Of a DNA stretch of 64,000 nucleotides, positions 42,866 to 53,317 are shown piece after piece. Within the stretch, counting starts at the first letter, position 1, and each line of letters opens with the position of its first letter. The notes below the pieces were generated by a model. That model was not told the origin of the DNA, did not search any database, and saw only the letters and a list, made by a program, of their open reading frames with translations. Both the position numbers and the translations under genes were made by a program. Location of the stretch: the NCBI GenBank assembly GCA_025457865.1, contig JALOTP010000005.1, forward strand, positions 5,596 to 69,595. The letters run 5' to 3'. Source of the DNA: Thermoplasmatota archaeon. Its GTDB lineage: Archaea > Thermoplasmatota > Penumbrarchaeia > Penumbrarchaeales > Penumbrarchaeaceae.

Positions 42866-45800
42866 TTGCACAGCATCAGGTACGCCCTCGTTCTGTTCAT
42901 GATCGCAATACTGGCGTTCCCCATATCTTCCCTTCTCTCTCTCGAGAACGAAGGGGACGCCATCGCCTGGACCGACGGTAACGACGACAGTGATGCTTAC
43001 CCCAACTATGGGATCCAGGACATCATAGCCGATAAGGCCTATCACCTCTTCAACGAGAGCGAGCCCGAGAAGGCCGAGTTCATCAGTTACTGGTACATGT
43101 GGAACGGAGCGGATTCCAAAGAGGTCTCCTTTGACATTACCCATTCAAGGCCCGGGATCTATGATAATTTCCTTGCCTGGACGGATGATGGGCTCGAGGG
43201 GGATTACACTAACTATTTCATAAACAACAGGAAGGGTTGGGAGGTCATCGATGCCCCGACCTACGTTCAGACCCTTGCCAACAGGAGCGTGGAGAACCTC
43301 ACGGCTTGGATGATGGGCGGTATGAGGCCAGGTGCGGTGGAACATCACAAGGCGGCCTACAACGTAGGTGTCCTTTCCAAGTATGTCGGGGACATGACCC
43401 AGTACGGTCACACTGACTATTCGCAATGGGACCAATCCGTCATTCCCAAGTACAATCCCGCCACGACCACCGAGACCTCTTACCAGCTCTACTACGAGGC
43501 CTATCTGTGGACGGACGTTTACATGAACGTGATGATAGACGATTTCTGGTACAGGGAGTTCGCCCCCCCTATGCCAATGAACGGCTCCCGTCTCAATACG
43601 GCCACGGCAGATCTGGCAAGATGGGTGAACAGCAGGGGGCTCCCTCCAACCACCATGGTCGACCATGACGGCTCTACCATCAAGGTCGGGGCCAACTACA
43701 AAACGATGCTGGATCAGTTCATTTACAACTGGGACAACGATGGCAAGCACAAGGGAGTGAGAGGTTTCAACGCGACCCTTTGGAACCTTACGGTCGAGAA
43801 CCTGATCGCGGGAGCAGAGAACCTATCGGCCATGTACGAGGCCATATATGATGAGGCCTACGAACGTTTCCTAGCATACTCACCGGACCTGGTCGTAACG
43901 GATTGGAGCGTGAACCCGTGGCCGGTCATAGCCAATGATGATGTCGAGGTCAATGTGACCGTAATGAACAGAGGACCTACGGCAGCTAAGAAGTTCGACC
44001 TTCTCCTCGAGATAGGGGATTTCAACACGACCCGCTCGCTCCAGCTCGACCCCTGGGGTACCAAGAACGTCTCGTTCTACCGGTACCGGACAGGGACGGG
44101 CGCCTTCACCATCAATGTGAGCCTCGATTTCAACCTCGACATTGCGGAGAGGAACGAATCCAACAATCTGCTGACCACCACCATATTGCCGGTCCCTGAG
44201 ATCCACGGCTCGACCATATCACTGGACCACCCATTAATGGATATCAGGAGGGATGCAAGGAGGGCCATAGATGTCAGGGTCCAGAACACCGGGAACAGGA
44301 AGGACCTTTTCCGAATAGAAGCGTCATCGGCACATAAGGGGGTCACATTCGAGCTCCCAACGGAGGTCTTGATCGTAAAACCAGCATGGAGCTCATCGGC
44401 GACGGTCTTTTTGAGAACGCCTCCCGACCTCCCCCTAGGACCTACGACCATCACCCTCCGGGCAATAGGTTCGAACTCGACCTCAGAGCTCATGGTCCCC
44501 TTAACGGTCCTTGAACGGACCAATGACCCCATTGTCGTGATAGACGGTCCTGACTGGGCAAGGCTGGAGGATGAGATAGTACTGGATGCCGGAAGGACGA
44601 CGGACCCCGACGACGATGTGCTATCGTTCCTATGGACCGTTCCGGGGTTCGGCAACCTTTCAGGTCCCAGGATCAATGTCAACTACACCATCGTGGGCAC
44701 TTACCATATCGTGCTCCTCGTGGATGACGGTAACGTGACGGTCCACAGGGATTGGCCTGTTAGGGTCTATCCCCGTGTGCCTGGGAACCTTTCGACCCAG
44801 ATAGCATCCGTGGGTGTATCTGGTATCACTTTGACATGGGTGCCATGGGGGGCGGGAGGCCTGGTCGCTTACTGGTTGGAGGCCAGGGCGGACCCCGGGC
44901 AGGGGCCATTGTCCGAAAGAGGGCCGTTCTCGTTACGGCTCGGGCCAGGCAACACGACCGGGAGGCTCGGCCGTTTCCTCCCCGGGACGAAGGTCACCAT
45001 CTCCTTCTCGGTGGAGGCCATGGATTACGGGAACAGGACATTGGACACATTAAGCGCAAGGACGGCAGACCTCGCACTGTTCGAGGAGACGCTCAAGTTA
45101 TACATCGAGGAGAGGTGGCTCTACCTCCAGTACAAGCCATGGGTCGATCCGGAAGGCGTACGTGACCCTCTGATATCCATCGAGAGGGACCAGGGAGGTT
45201 TCGTTCCGCTCGATACGAGGAAGGAGGAGATGCAGAGGACAAAGGTGAGGGATGTGATTAGATACCAGCTTGGCTCGAGCTTCGGGTCCTACAGGGCCAC
45301 CTTGACCTACCTTTGGGGGAACGAGACCGTTGTGCCGTTCATGCTCGAGAGGTCGGTCCAGGTTGTCAACGCCCCCCCCGGGTTGGTCCTGTCCGGGTCG
45401 AACCAGACGTTCGAACTGAACGAGAACGGGACCTGCAGGGTATCACTCACGCTTACGCTGGACGACCCAATGGACACCCTGAACGTGACGGTCCGTTGGG
45501 GGGATGGAGCAGAGGAACATTACCTCCTGATGACCCCGAAGGAGGACATCCTGTTCCTCCTCCTCTTCCATAACTTCTCTGCGGTCGGGGATTATCCGTT
45601 CAGCACATCGGCTGTGGACTGGACAGGTATAACGACCTGGTCGAACAATACGCTCACCATCAACGAGTACACGCCCATAAAGCGCATCGAGGATGAGGAG
45701 AACAGGCTCATTGCAATAATTGTGGCCGTCGTCGTGGGTGTGTTCCTAGCCATAATGCTCGTGGTCCTAGGGTACATTGGTTACCGGTTCTCGAAGAAGG

Positions 45801-46000
45801 AGACCGAGGTCGAGTTCGACCTCAAGGACCTCAAGGGCGACAGCGAGAGGAACAAGGTAGGTACGGGGACCGATTTCGACCAGAGAAGGGTGCTCCAGAT
45901 ACCCAAAGAATCAATAATGATCAGGAGCCCCCCTCCCAAAGAGGGGGTGGCGGACGATGCCCCTATCATAAAGGGGACCATAACCTTCGATGAGGAATGA
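42866..46000 (+). CDS. Surface protein: Zn-dependent phospholipase C/S1-P1-like N-domain (degenerate), CARDB, PKD, C-terminal TM
   Basis: Signal ending AIA/W; helical domain with YVGD..QYGH..YYE; PDLVV...ERNESNN (CARDB); DAGRTTDPDDD..SFLW (PKD); TM near C-terminus. Confidence 0.78.
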   Translation: MHSIRYALVLFMIAILAFPISSLLSLENEGDAIAWTDGNDDSDAYPNYGIQDIIADKAYHLFNESEPEKAEFISYWYMWNGADSKEVSFDITHSRPGIYDNFLAWTDDGLEGDYTNYFINNRKGWEVIDAPTYVQTLANRSVENLTAWMMGGMRPGAVEHHKAAYNVGVLSKYVGDMTQYGHTDYSQWDQSVIPKYNPATTTETSYQLYYEAYLWTDVYMNVMIDDFWYREFAPPMPMNGSRLNTATADLARWVNSRGLPPTTMVDHDGSTIKVGANYKTMLDQFIYNWDNDGKHKGVRGFNATLWNLTVENLIAGAENLSAMYEAIYDEAYERFLAYSPDLVVTDWSVNPWPVIANDDVEVNVTVMNRGPTAAKKFDLLLEIGDFNTTRSLQLDPWGTKNVSFYRYRTGTGAFTINVSLDFNLDIAERNESNNLLTTTILPVPEIHGSTISLDHPLMDIRRDARRAIDVRVQNTGNRKDLFRIEASSAHKGVTFELPTEVLIVKPAWSSSATVFLRTPPDLPLGPTTITLRAIGSNSTSELMVPLTVLERTNDPIVVIDGPDWARLEDEIVLDAGRTTDPDDDVLSFLWTVPGFGNLSGPRINVNYTIVGTYHIVLLVDDGNVTVHRDWPVRVYPRVPGNLSTQIASVGVSGITLTWVPWGAGGLVAYWLEARADPGQGPLSERGPFSLRLGPGNTTGRLGRFLPGTKVTISFSVEAMDYGNRTLDTLSARTADLALFEETLKLYIEERWLYLQYKPWVDPEGVRDPLISIERDQGGFVPLDTRKEEMQRTKVRDVIRYQLGSSFGSYRATLTYLWGNETVVPFMLERSVQVVNAPPGLVLSGSNQTFELNENGTCRVSLTLTLDDPMDTLNVTVRWGDGAEEHYLLMTPKEDILFLLLFHNFSAVGDYPFSTSAVDWTGITTWSNNTLTINEYTPIKRIEDEENRLIAIIVAVVVGVFLAIMLVVLGYIGYRFSKKETEVEFDLKDLKGDSERNKVGTGTDFDQRRVLQIPKESIMIRSPPPKEGVADDAPIIKGTITFDEE

Positions 46001-46068
46001 TCTCCGATAACAAGGAACATGAACATGGTCTATGAAGGAAAGACCGGACAAACCTAGAAGGACCGTTC

Positions 46069-46323
46069 CTACTTGGGTGGGAATACAGAGACGTAGAGCC
46101 TGCACTTATGGCATCTGGCCATTCCGACGCCCAGCGGTTTCTTGAAGGGACCGGTTATTGGTTCCTCGAGGTCCGTGAACCTGTTCCCCTCCACCCCCGA
46201 GGCCCAGTGTATGGCATCCTTCGAAACGAGGTATCCGTATTCGACAGGTCCACCGCAGGCGGGGCACTTGGGCAGGTTGGCTCTAATATCTTCGGTCCAT
46301 TTGTTGGTCAGCATGTTGGTCAT
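46069..46323 (-). CDS. Small zinc-ribbon protein (DUF6487-like)
   Basis: KCPACGGPVEYGYL...W...RCHKCR. Confidence 0.7.
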   Translation of the reverse strand: MTNMLTNKWTEDIRANLPKCPACGGPVEYGYLVSKDAIHWASGVEGNRFTDLEEPITGPFKKPLGVGMARCHKCRLYVSVFPPK

Positions 46324-46478
46324 TTTCCATCCCTCATTTTTCATCGGTTGACGTTCATGTGCAAGGAACATTGAATATTTAACGATTAATATGTTTCGCA
46401 GTAAATGACGACCCCAAGGAAGCAGAACCATTATTATTCGAGTAACCTTTTTATGTGTCCGACCAAGGGGTTCATCCT

Positions 46479-47540
46479 ATGGAGGCCAGGGAACTGATAG
46501 CAGCCGAAAGGGCGATGGTGGAAGGGAAGATAGGGGAGTTCTTCGACCATGAGTCACGTCTCTGCCTGGAAGATCCATTGGCCAGGGAGCTCCTGGATGC
46601 CCTCAGGGAATACACCATGAGGGGCGGGAAGCGGGTAAGGGCGGTCATGCTCGTCCTGGGATATCTGGCAGTGGGCGGTCGGGATATGGAAAGAGCGAGG
46701 AAGGCCGCAGTCAGCATGGAGCTGGTCCAGGACATGCTGCTCATCCATGATGACCTCATGGACCGCTCCCCTGAGAGGAGGGGTGGAAGGTCCCTCCACG
46801 AGCATTTTCGGGCCGTCCACAGGGAGAGGGGCTACAGGGGTGACCCCGAGAGGTTCGGGTACAACATGGCCCTGATAGGGGGAGACCTGGCCGAATCGAT
46901 GGCCGAGAAGGCCCTCCTTGCTTCGGGCTTCCCAAGCCGGAACCTTGTCAAAGCCATGTCACTACAGGCCGATATGGTCAGGGACACAGGGTACGGTCAG
47001 GTCCTGGACCTCTGCTCCATGGAGCTTCCCGAATGGTCCGAGGACCAGGTGCTAAAGGTCCACCATTACAAGACGGCAAGGTACACCTTCGAAGGCCCTC
47101 TTCTTATTGGGGCCATTCTGCACGGTGCGCCACAGAGGGCCCTCGGGGCGCTGTCGGGCTTTGCCGTTCCGATCGGTATCGCATTCCAGTTGATCGATGA
47201 TATCATTGGCCTCTTCGGGGACCCAAAGAAGGGCGGGGCCTCGGACATTTCGGACATCAGGGAAGGGAAGAGGACACTGTTGGTCATCGATGCATTGAAG
47301 AAGGTGTCCGAAGCGGACGCATCGATGGTCCTGAATGGACTGGGTGACCCGGATCTGACGCTTGCGGATGCGGCTAGGATTCGGGAGATAGTGGTTGCTT
47401 CAGGTGCTGTTGAGAGGTCTCGAGCCCTTGCATCGGAGCTGACCGAGAGGGGCGATTCATCACTGGACGGTTCGGGCCTGGACCCGACGGTCTGCGAGGC
47501 CCTCCGGGTGCTTGCCGATGAGATGCTAGGAAGGGTCTGA
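46479..47540 (+). CDS. Polyprenyl diphosphate synthase (GGPP synthase-like)
   Basis: GGKRVR, LIHDDLMDRS.ERRG, GQVLD, KTARYT, FQLIDD, DIREGK. Confidence 0.95.
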   Translation: MEARELIAAERAMVEGKIGEFFDHESRLCLEDPLARELLDALREYTMRGGKRVRAVMLVLGYLAVGGRDMERARKAAVSMELVQDMLLIHDDLMDRSPERRGGRSLHEHFRAVHRERGYRGDPERFGYNMALIGGDLAESMAEKALLASGFPSRNLVKAMSLQADMVRDTGYGQVLDLCSMELPEWSEDQVLKVHHYKTARYTFEGPLLIGAILHGAPQRALGALSGFAVPIGIAFQLIDDIIGLFGDPKKGGASDISDIREGKRTLLVIDALKKVSEADASMVLNGLGDPDLTLADAARIREIVVASGAVERSRALASELTERGDSSLDGSGLDPTVCEALRVLADEMLGRV

Positions 47541-47859
47541 CCCCGTACCACACCGACGCATCGGGATGAGGCCGGCCCCGTAATACCCGATATCTGCCAT
47601 TTATCTGTAACAAAGTAATATCTTGAGCAAATATATTTATATAATATTACAAAAATCTCTCTATTAATTATAAATACACACCCCACCGATGGATCCATAC
47701 GGAGTGAAATGATTTTCTAAACGGAACGCACTCGATCCCCTATTCCAAACCCCCCACTCCGTCAAGGCCGGCAGGCCTGGCTCGTCCGCGATCCCCTTGG
47801 TCCTTCCGGCCTCTCTAATATCCTGCTTAGGTCCATTGACGGCCCCCTTCTCACCTCTA

Positions 47860-49503
47860 TCATACGATGTCGAGCTCGACCATGTTGCCCAGGCGGTCAT
47901 ATGCTGTCATTGTCCCTTCAGTGAATGGAAAGCCTATGATGATATTGATACCTGGGAACCTCGAGAACATCTGGAGGTCGGCACCGGACGGGCGGGTCGA
48001 ACCAGAGGGGTGGGAGTGGACGACCCCTTCCCCGGAGATGCTGCGCTGGCTGAGCCTGTCGAAAAGGGAGAACATGACCACCGCCCTTCCGGATGCAGAA
48101 TCCAGTATGGGTTCGATATGTGTGATACGATCGATACCCCTGAGCATGGCCCCGAACTCGTTCGGATAGGCATCCTTCGCACGGGATATTATCTCATTGA
48201 CCGCGCCACGTTCTATGACATGGACCGGTACGTCCTTGAACATCTCTGATGTGTCAGGGTCCTCTCTGAGCCATTCCTGACCTGAGACCCCCTCTTTGAG
48301 AACCTCGTAAGCATCCCTGTATTGTTTCACGGGATATTTGAGCACAAGTCCAAGAAGCGTCCTCTTCGCCCCCCTCCTATCACCTTTCCGTATAAGGGCA
48401 AGGAACCCTGCGGCCATGGCGAGGGATACCCCCTCAACGTCACCGATCCTCCTCAGGTGCCTCAAAGGGTCCTTGACCTGTAAGAGGGCATCGTCGGTCC
48501 TCCCTGCCCTGCTGAGCCATAGGGCGGCTTCCAGCCTCTTTCTGGCCCCTTCGTCGAAGAAACCGCCCCCATCCAAACCACAGGCCGCCTTTAGCATCAG
48601 ATCTGCCCCGTCGCTCAGGTCCCTGGCCGTGGATCCCTCGGTGCATATGATCAGACCTTTGAGGAACAGGGCCTCATACGACATGACAGTGTTCCCAAGC
48701 CTCTTCAATTCGGTTTCGGCGGAGGTTAGAAGTGCGTCCCCTGCAGCTCTTTCGTTCATAAGTGGGGCAAGTTCTAGCGCGCATAACGCACCGAGACCGC
48801 TGAACCTCCTTCTCTCTGAGATAGCCCTGCATTCGGTCATGGCTGCAATAACGGTCCCAAGGTCCCCGACCTCCCCTGCCATGACACCGGACATATAAAG
48901 GCACCTTGCCACATGGTGATCGCCTATGGCCCCCTCCAGCATCCTAGCACCGGTCATTGCGTTATCGAGCCAAGTTTTCGAAGCCATCAGATATGGTCCC
49001 CTTTCCTTCTCAGAGGGGATGATCACGGCCCTATGATGGAACAACAACGAGCCCAGGAGTAGCCTTTCGACCGCTGGAAGGACAATGTCCAAAGTTGCAT
49101 CGCTTGGCCAGTTTTGCCTTCCCCTGCTCGGACGCCCGTCAATGCCCAGGGCCGATGCTATGGGCCTGACATCTGCAGGCAAGGAATGGAGCAATGTCAA
49201 TAGACCGAACCTTGCGGCAGCATAGGCATTTACAGCCCCACCCTCACAAGAGGCCTCGAGCAGGTGCTCGAGCGGGACCAACGCCTCCCTGAAGGACCCC
49301 TTGAGCTCGAGCGCCTCCGAAGCGGCCAGGAGCTCGTGGGTCGCTGGAGCTGAACGCCTCCCTCGTAGCAGGCGGCCTAACCGGCCGCCCCCTCGCCCTT
49401 CATAAGGGGTGCATAATCTGTCCATTGTCACCAGATTTCCGCACCTGACGGGAAGGGCAGTCGATTCCAACAGGGAAAGGTCAGGGCACCACTCTGTCAT
49501 CAT
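47860..49503 (-). CDS. Helical-repeat (TPR-like) protein fused to a C-terminal JAB/MPN+ (JAMM) metallo-isopeptidase
   Basis: Ala/Leu-rich helical N-region; C-terminal PNEFGAML...VHSHPSGSTRPSGADL intact JAMM motif. Confidence 0.85.
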   Translation of the reverse strand: MMTEWCPDLSLLESTALPVRCGNLVTMDRLCTPYEGRGGGRLGRLLRGRRSAPATHELLAASEALELKGSFREALVPLEHLLEASCEGGAVNAYAAARFGLLTLLHSLPADVRPIASALGIDGRPSRGRQNWPSDATLDIVLPAVERLLLGSLLFHHRAVIIPSEKERGPYLMASKTWLDNAMTGARMLEGAIGDHHVARCLYMSGVMAGEVGDLGTVIAAMTECRAISERRRFSGLGALCALELAPLMNERAAGDALLTSAETELKRLGNTVMSYEALFLKGLIICTEGSTARDLSDGADLMLKAACGLDGGGFFDEGARKRLEAALWLSRAGRTDDALLQVKDPLRHLRRIGDVEGVSLAMAAGFLALIRKGDRRGAKRTLLGLVLKYPVKQYRDAYEVLKEGVSGQEWLREDPDTSEMFKDVPVHVIERGAVNEIISRAKDAYPNEFGAMLRGIDRITHIEPILDSASGRAVVMFSLFDRLSQRSISGEGVVHSHPSGSTRPSGADLQMFSRFPGINIIIGFPFTEGTMTAYDRLGNMVELDIV

Positions 49504-49976
49504 CTCTCTCCATAAAGGATCTGGTCCTCGACCTCGGCGTAGAAGGGGGACATGTCCGCGCCCCTCTCCAATCCGACCTGGATGACCGCGCAGGGGAACA
49601 GGACCCTGAGCTCGCCGACCCTCTTGTTGATGGTCCGTACCGCTTCCTTCCTGTCCAGACCGGACCTGATAACGGTCTCTATCATCCTCTCCAGTAAGGG
49701 CCTGACCAACGTACTGGTCTCCAGGTCCTTAGGGGGTCTGTAAGCGACATCCACCACCGTCGATCCCATGTCGAATGTTGGTGTCAATCTGGAATCCGGT
49801 CCTGTCTGGAGATAGCCGGAGGCAGCAGCGGCGTCGACCACATTGGCAGCCTTGTCCGGGTCGAACCATCGGAGGTTGTAGATGAGGATGTTCCTCATCT
49901 CCGTTCTGGTCAGGGAGGAGCCATTGCCCAGCTTGAAGACCGCCGCAACAATGGACCTGAGCTCGTCCATGCTCAT
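49500..49976 (-). CDS. DUF2240-like protein
   Basis: ELRSIVAAVF...LRWFDP..A...LTPTFD...PP pattern. Confidence 0.78.
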   Translation of the reverse strand: MSMDELRSIVAAVFKLGNGSSLTRTEMRNILIYNLRWFDPDKAANVVDAAAASGYLQTGPDSRLTPTFDMGSTVVDVAYRPPKDLETSTLVRPLLERMIETVIRSGLDRKEAVRTINKRVGELRVLFPCAVIQVGLERGADMSPFYAEVEDQILYGER

Positions 49977-50665
49977 GCCCCCTTGAGGACCTTGGAGCAG
50001 CTAATGATCCCGCCCTGAGCCCCGGCTGCCCTGAGAGGTTCGATCTCAGAGAGTTCCTCCATGCCGATGTAGAGCCGGGCCTTCCCGTCCAGGCCCTGGG
50101 CGATATCCCTGACGGACCCCGACCTATCGACCTGGGAACCCTCTATGTCCAGGACCAGGTCTGTGATGCCAAGGTCCACCATCTCCTTGCAGAAGCCATC
50201 GGGCCCCATCTCTCTGATATCCTGGTCCGGGGACAGGATGCCGCCGTCGATGTCCAGCTGTACAATCAGACCATCAGTGAGCTCGAAGGCGGAAGCGAAC
50301 TCGCTCAGGTTGGCCATCATCTTGGTGGAGACCATGCAGGTCGTAGCCCCGGCCATTATGGCGTCGATGAGCGGGTCGGCGGTGCGTGCACCGACATCGG
50401 TCCAGAGTTCGCCGCCCATTTTGCCGAGCGTCCGTATGGTGGTCAGGTCCGGTTCTCCGGTCCTGAAGGAGAGGATGTCTAGGTAATGCAACGTACCATA
50501 TCTTTCAAGGAGCGGCCCTGCCACATCCTCTGTCCTCGCGGGAATACCTCCAAGAATTATCTGGCTGTACCTGCCCTGCTCTACAAATACAGGTCTGCCT
50601 TTTATAACGGCCAGGGAAGGGATGACCTTGAAACCACCAAGTGTGTTCTGGTCCAAAGCATCCAT
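49973..50665 (-). CDS. HisA/HisF-like TIM-barrel protein
   Basis: VIPSLAVIKGRPV, LHYLD, LWTDVGART, AGA, LIVQLD. Confidence 0.7.
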   Translation of the reverse strand: MDALDQNTLGGFKVIPSLAVIKGRPVFVEQGRYSQIILGGIPARTEDVAGPLLERYGTLHYLDILSFRTGEPDLTTIRTLGKMGGELWTDVGARTADPLIDAIMAGATTCMVSTKMMANLSEFASAFELTDGLIVQLDIDGGILSPDQDIREMGPDGFCKEMVDLGITDLVLDIEGSQVDRSGSVRDIAQGLDGKARLYIGMEELSEIEPLRAAGAQGGIISCSKVLKGA

Positions 50666-50717
50666 CCTTGGATCCCCCCTTTTAGGAAGGACCTTGGGTC
50701 CGGTCCTATCCAGTGTC

Positions 50718-50990
50718 TCAGTCCAGGTGGGAGAATATGACGACGTCCTTTATGGACTTGACCTTGTCGAACGGGAGCACTATCCTCTGCTGCGAGTCCA
50801 ACCTGAACCGTCTCACATCTATCTCTTCGGACGGCAGGACCAGTACATGCAGGACCTTCCCGCTCTTGGTGTCGACTACCAGATTGTCCACCTGTCCGAG
50901 GTACTTTCCATCACTGGACATAACGTATTTGTCCTTGATATCGTTTGCAAAGAACTTCATAGGTTCACACCCCGGGTCTTGTGCGCTCAC
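50718..50990 (-). CDS. PRC-barrel protein (CdpB-like)
   Basis: K.VMSSDGKYLGQVDNLVVDTKSGKV...LPFDKVKSIKDVVI; ATG at 50960 is an alternative start. Confidence 0.9.
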   Translation of the reverse strand: MSAQDPGCEPMKFFANDIKDKYVMSSDGKYLGQVDNLVVDTKSGKVLHVLVLPSEEIDVRRFRLDSQQRIVLPFDKVKSIKDVVIFSHLD

Positions 50991-53224
50991 CCGTAATAAT
51001 CAATCCCTTTATCTTTTTTCCCCTTATTATTAATTCCGCCCTTCCCGTCCGAAATTATCCTCTTATAGGCCTCAACGGTATCCTCATCAACGGACGGACG
51101 GGCCTCTGAGAGGGCCATCTTCAGGTCGGAAGCGGTCACGTTCTTCGCTTTCATATCCTTCCTAAGGGCTATGATGCCCGCTTCCCTGCAGACCCCCTCG
51201 ATGTCAGCCCCGGTGAAGTTCTCCATGGAAGCGGCCAGCTCCTCCAGGTCCACATCGATGGCGAGCGGCATGGATGACGTGTGGACCTTGAGGATCTCTA
51301 TCCTACCCTTGAGGTCTGGCGGACCTACGAAAATCAGCCTGTCGAACCGCCCGGTCCTTAAGATGGCCGGGTCGAGCATATCCGGCCTGTTGGTCGCGCC
51401 CATGACTATGATATCACCGCCATCCTCGATACCATCCATGGAGGTCAACAGCTGGTTCACGAGCCTCTCCGAGACATGGTTGCCGTCATACGAAGATCTC
51501 CGGGGGGCCAGGGCATCCATCTCATCAAGGAAGATGATACAGGGAGCGACCTGTCTTGCCTTCTTGAATATCTCCCTCACGGCCTTCTCGGAATCCCCCA
51601 CCCATTTGGACAGGACCTCCGGGCCCTTTATGGATATGAAGTTGGCCTTTGTCTCGGTCGCCACAGCCTTTGCAAGGAGGGTCTTACCGGTCCCTGGAGG
51701 ACCGTACAGGAGTATCCCTCTGGGCGGTTTGATGCCTAGGGCCTTGAATGACCCCGGGTCGGAGAGGGGCCACTCTACTGTTTCCCTCAGCTTCTGTTTG
51801 ACCTCCTCGAGCCCCCCGACCTCGTCCCACCTGACCGAGGGGACCTCTATGAGGACCTCCCTCAGGGTAGAGGGCTCTATGTCCTTCAAGGCCTCCTTGA
51901 AGTCCGCCATCTTGACCCTTATGCCCGAGAGCACCTCCTGGGATATGGTTTTGTCAAGGTCCATGTCCGGGAGGTACCTGTGGAGGGCCTTCATGGCCGC
52001 CTCCCTCGAAAGGGCGGCTAGGTCAGCTCCGACGAAGCCATGGGTGAGCCCCGCGAGCTCCTCTAGGGAAACGTCCTCCTCAAGGGGCATGTTCCTGGTA
52101 TGGACCTGGAGGATCTCTATCCTTGAGGAGAGGTCGGGCACGCCTATCTCTATCTCCCTATCGAACCTGCCAGGGCGCCTCAGCGCTGCGTCCAGCCCGT
52201 CCACCCTATTGGTGGCAGCAATGATTATGAGCCTGCAGTTGTCCTCGAGCCCATCCATCAGGCTCAGGAGCTGGGCGACGACCCTCCTCTCGACCTCGCC
52301 CCTAACATCGTCCCTCTTGGGGGCTATCGAGTCGATCTCGTCGATGAACAATATCGCCGGGAGGTTCTGGGATGCCTCCTGGAACTTGTTCCTGAGGTTC
52401 TCCTCCGACTGGCCGTAGTACTTGTTCATTATCTCCGGACCCTGTATCGAGAAGAATGAGGCACCAGATTCGTTCGAGACCGCCTTTGCTATCAATGTCT
52501 TTCCGGTCCCGGGAGGACCATGGAGAAGGACGCCTTTGGGCGGCTTTATGCCAAGTCTGTCGAAGAGCTCCGGGTGTTTGAGCGGGAGCTCGATGATCTC
52601 CCTGACCCTGGCCAGTTCCTCCCTCAATCCACCTATGTCCTCGTAGGCGACCCTTGAGATTATGTCCTCATCGAGCTTCTCCTTGGTTATCCGTATCTCA
52701 GTGTCCACGGTTATCTGGACTATACCAGATGGTTTCGTCGCAGTCACAATGAAAGGGAGCTGGCTCCCCATGAGGGCGATCCCCTGGATGATCAAGGTAT
52801 CGCCCTTGTTGACCGGCCGTTTGAGGAGCGATTTCTTGACGAACGAATCTATTCCATTGGCGAACTGGAGGTTGGGGAGGTCCTTTATGGCAGGCGAGAG
52901 CACGATCCTCTCCGCGGGTCTGGGGTCCACCTTGGACACCGTCACCCTGTCCCCTATCCCTATCTCAGCGTTCTTCCTTGTGATCCCATCTATCCTGAGG
53001 ATGTCCCGGTTCTCATCCTGGATGGGCGCCCTCCACACCACAGCGGCCGTGTCCTTCTTGCCTGATATCATTATGACATCCCCGGGAGAGACCCCGAGCT
53101 CCTCCCTGGCCTTCGTTGAGAGCCTTGCCCTCATGTAGCCCACATCGTTCTTAAGGGTCGGCTCCACCTTCATATCCAGCTTCTTGTTCAAATTGACCCT
53201 CCGCTGCCGTGTCCTTACGAGCAT
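50987..53224 (-). CDS. cdc48: Cdc48/VAT AAA+ ATPase
   Basis: N-domain, two AAA modules (GPPGTGKT twice; IDEID/LDEMD; RPGRFDR/RTGRFDR), C-terminal YYG HbYX motif. Confidence 0.97.
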   Translation of the reverse strand: MLVRTRQRRVNLNKKLDMKVEPTLKNDVGYMRARLSTKAREELGVSPGDVIMISGKKDTAAVVWRAPIQDENRDILRIDGITRKNAEIGIGDRVTVSKVDPRPAERIVLSPAIKDLPNLQFANGIDSFVKKSLLKRPVNKGDTLIIQGIALMGSQLPFIVTATKPSGIVQITVDTEIRITKEKLDEDIISRVAYEDIGGLREELARVREIIELPLKHPELFDRLGIKPPKGVLLHGPPGTGKTLIAKAVSNESGASFFSIQGPEIMNKYYGQSEENLRNKFQEASQNLPAILFIDEIDSIAPKRDDVRGEVERRVVAQLLSLMDGLEDNCRLIIIAATNRVDGLDAALRRPGRFDREIEIGVPDLSSRIEILQVHTRNMPLEEDVSLEELAGLTHGFVGADLAALSREAAMKALHRYLPDMDLDKTISQEVLSGIRVKMADFKEALKDIEPSTLREVLIEVPSVRWDEVGGLEEVKQKLRETVEWPLSDPGSFKALGIKPPRGILLYGPPGTGKTLLAKAVATETKANFISIKGPEVLSKWVGDSEKAVREIFKKARQVAPCIIFLDEMDALAPRRSSYDGNHVSERLVNQLLTSMDGIEDGGDIIVMGATNRPDMLDPAILRTGRFDRLIFVGPPDLKGRIEILKVHTSSMPLAIDVDLEELAASMENFTGADIEGVCREAGIIALRKDMKAKNVTASDLKMALSEARPSVDEDTVEAYKRIISDGKGGINNKGKKDKGIDYYG

Positions 53225-53317
53225 CCGGCCCCTAACGGCGCAGGACCGTCACTGTCATTGGGACCGACGGTTATTAAAGTTGTCCGATAAGGTCTTGACC
53301 AGGCCTGGTAAAGACCT

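Noticed and set aside
47790..47815. SRP helix-8-like GGCCGGAAGG on the minus strand
   Set aside because: Lacks the CAGG/AGCA symmetric loop and the long SRP helices
51171..52418. 415-aa plus-strand ORF
   Set aside because: Antisense shadow of cdc48
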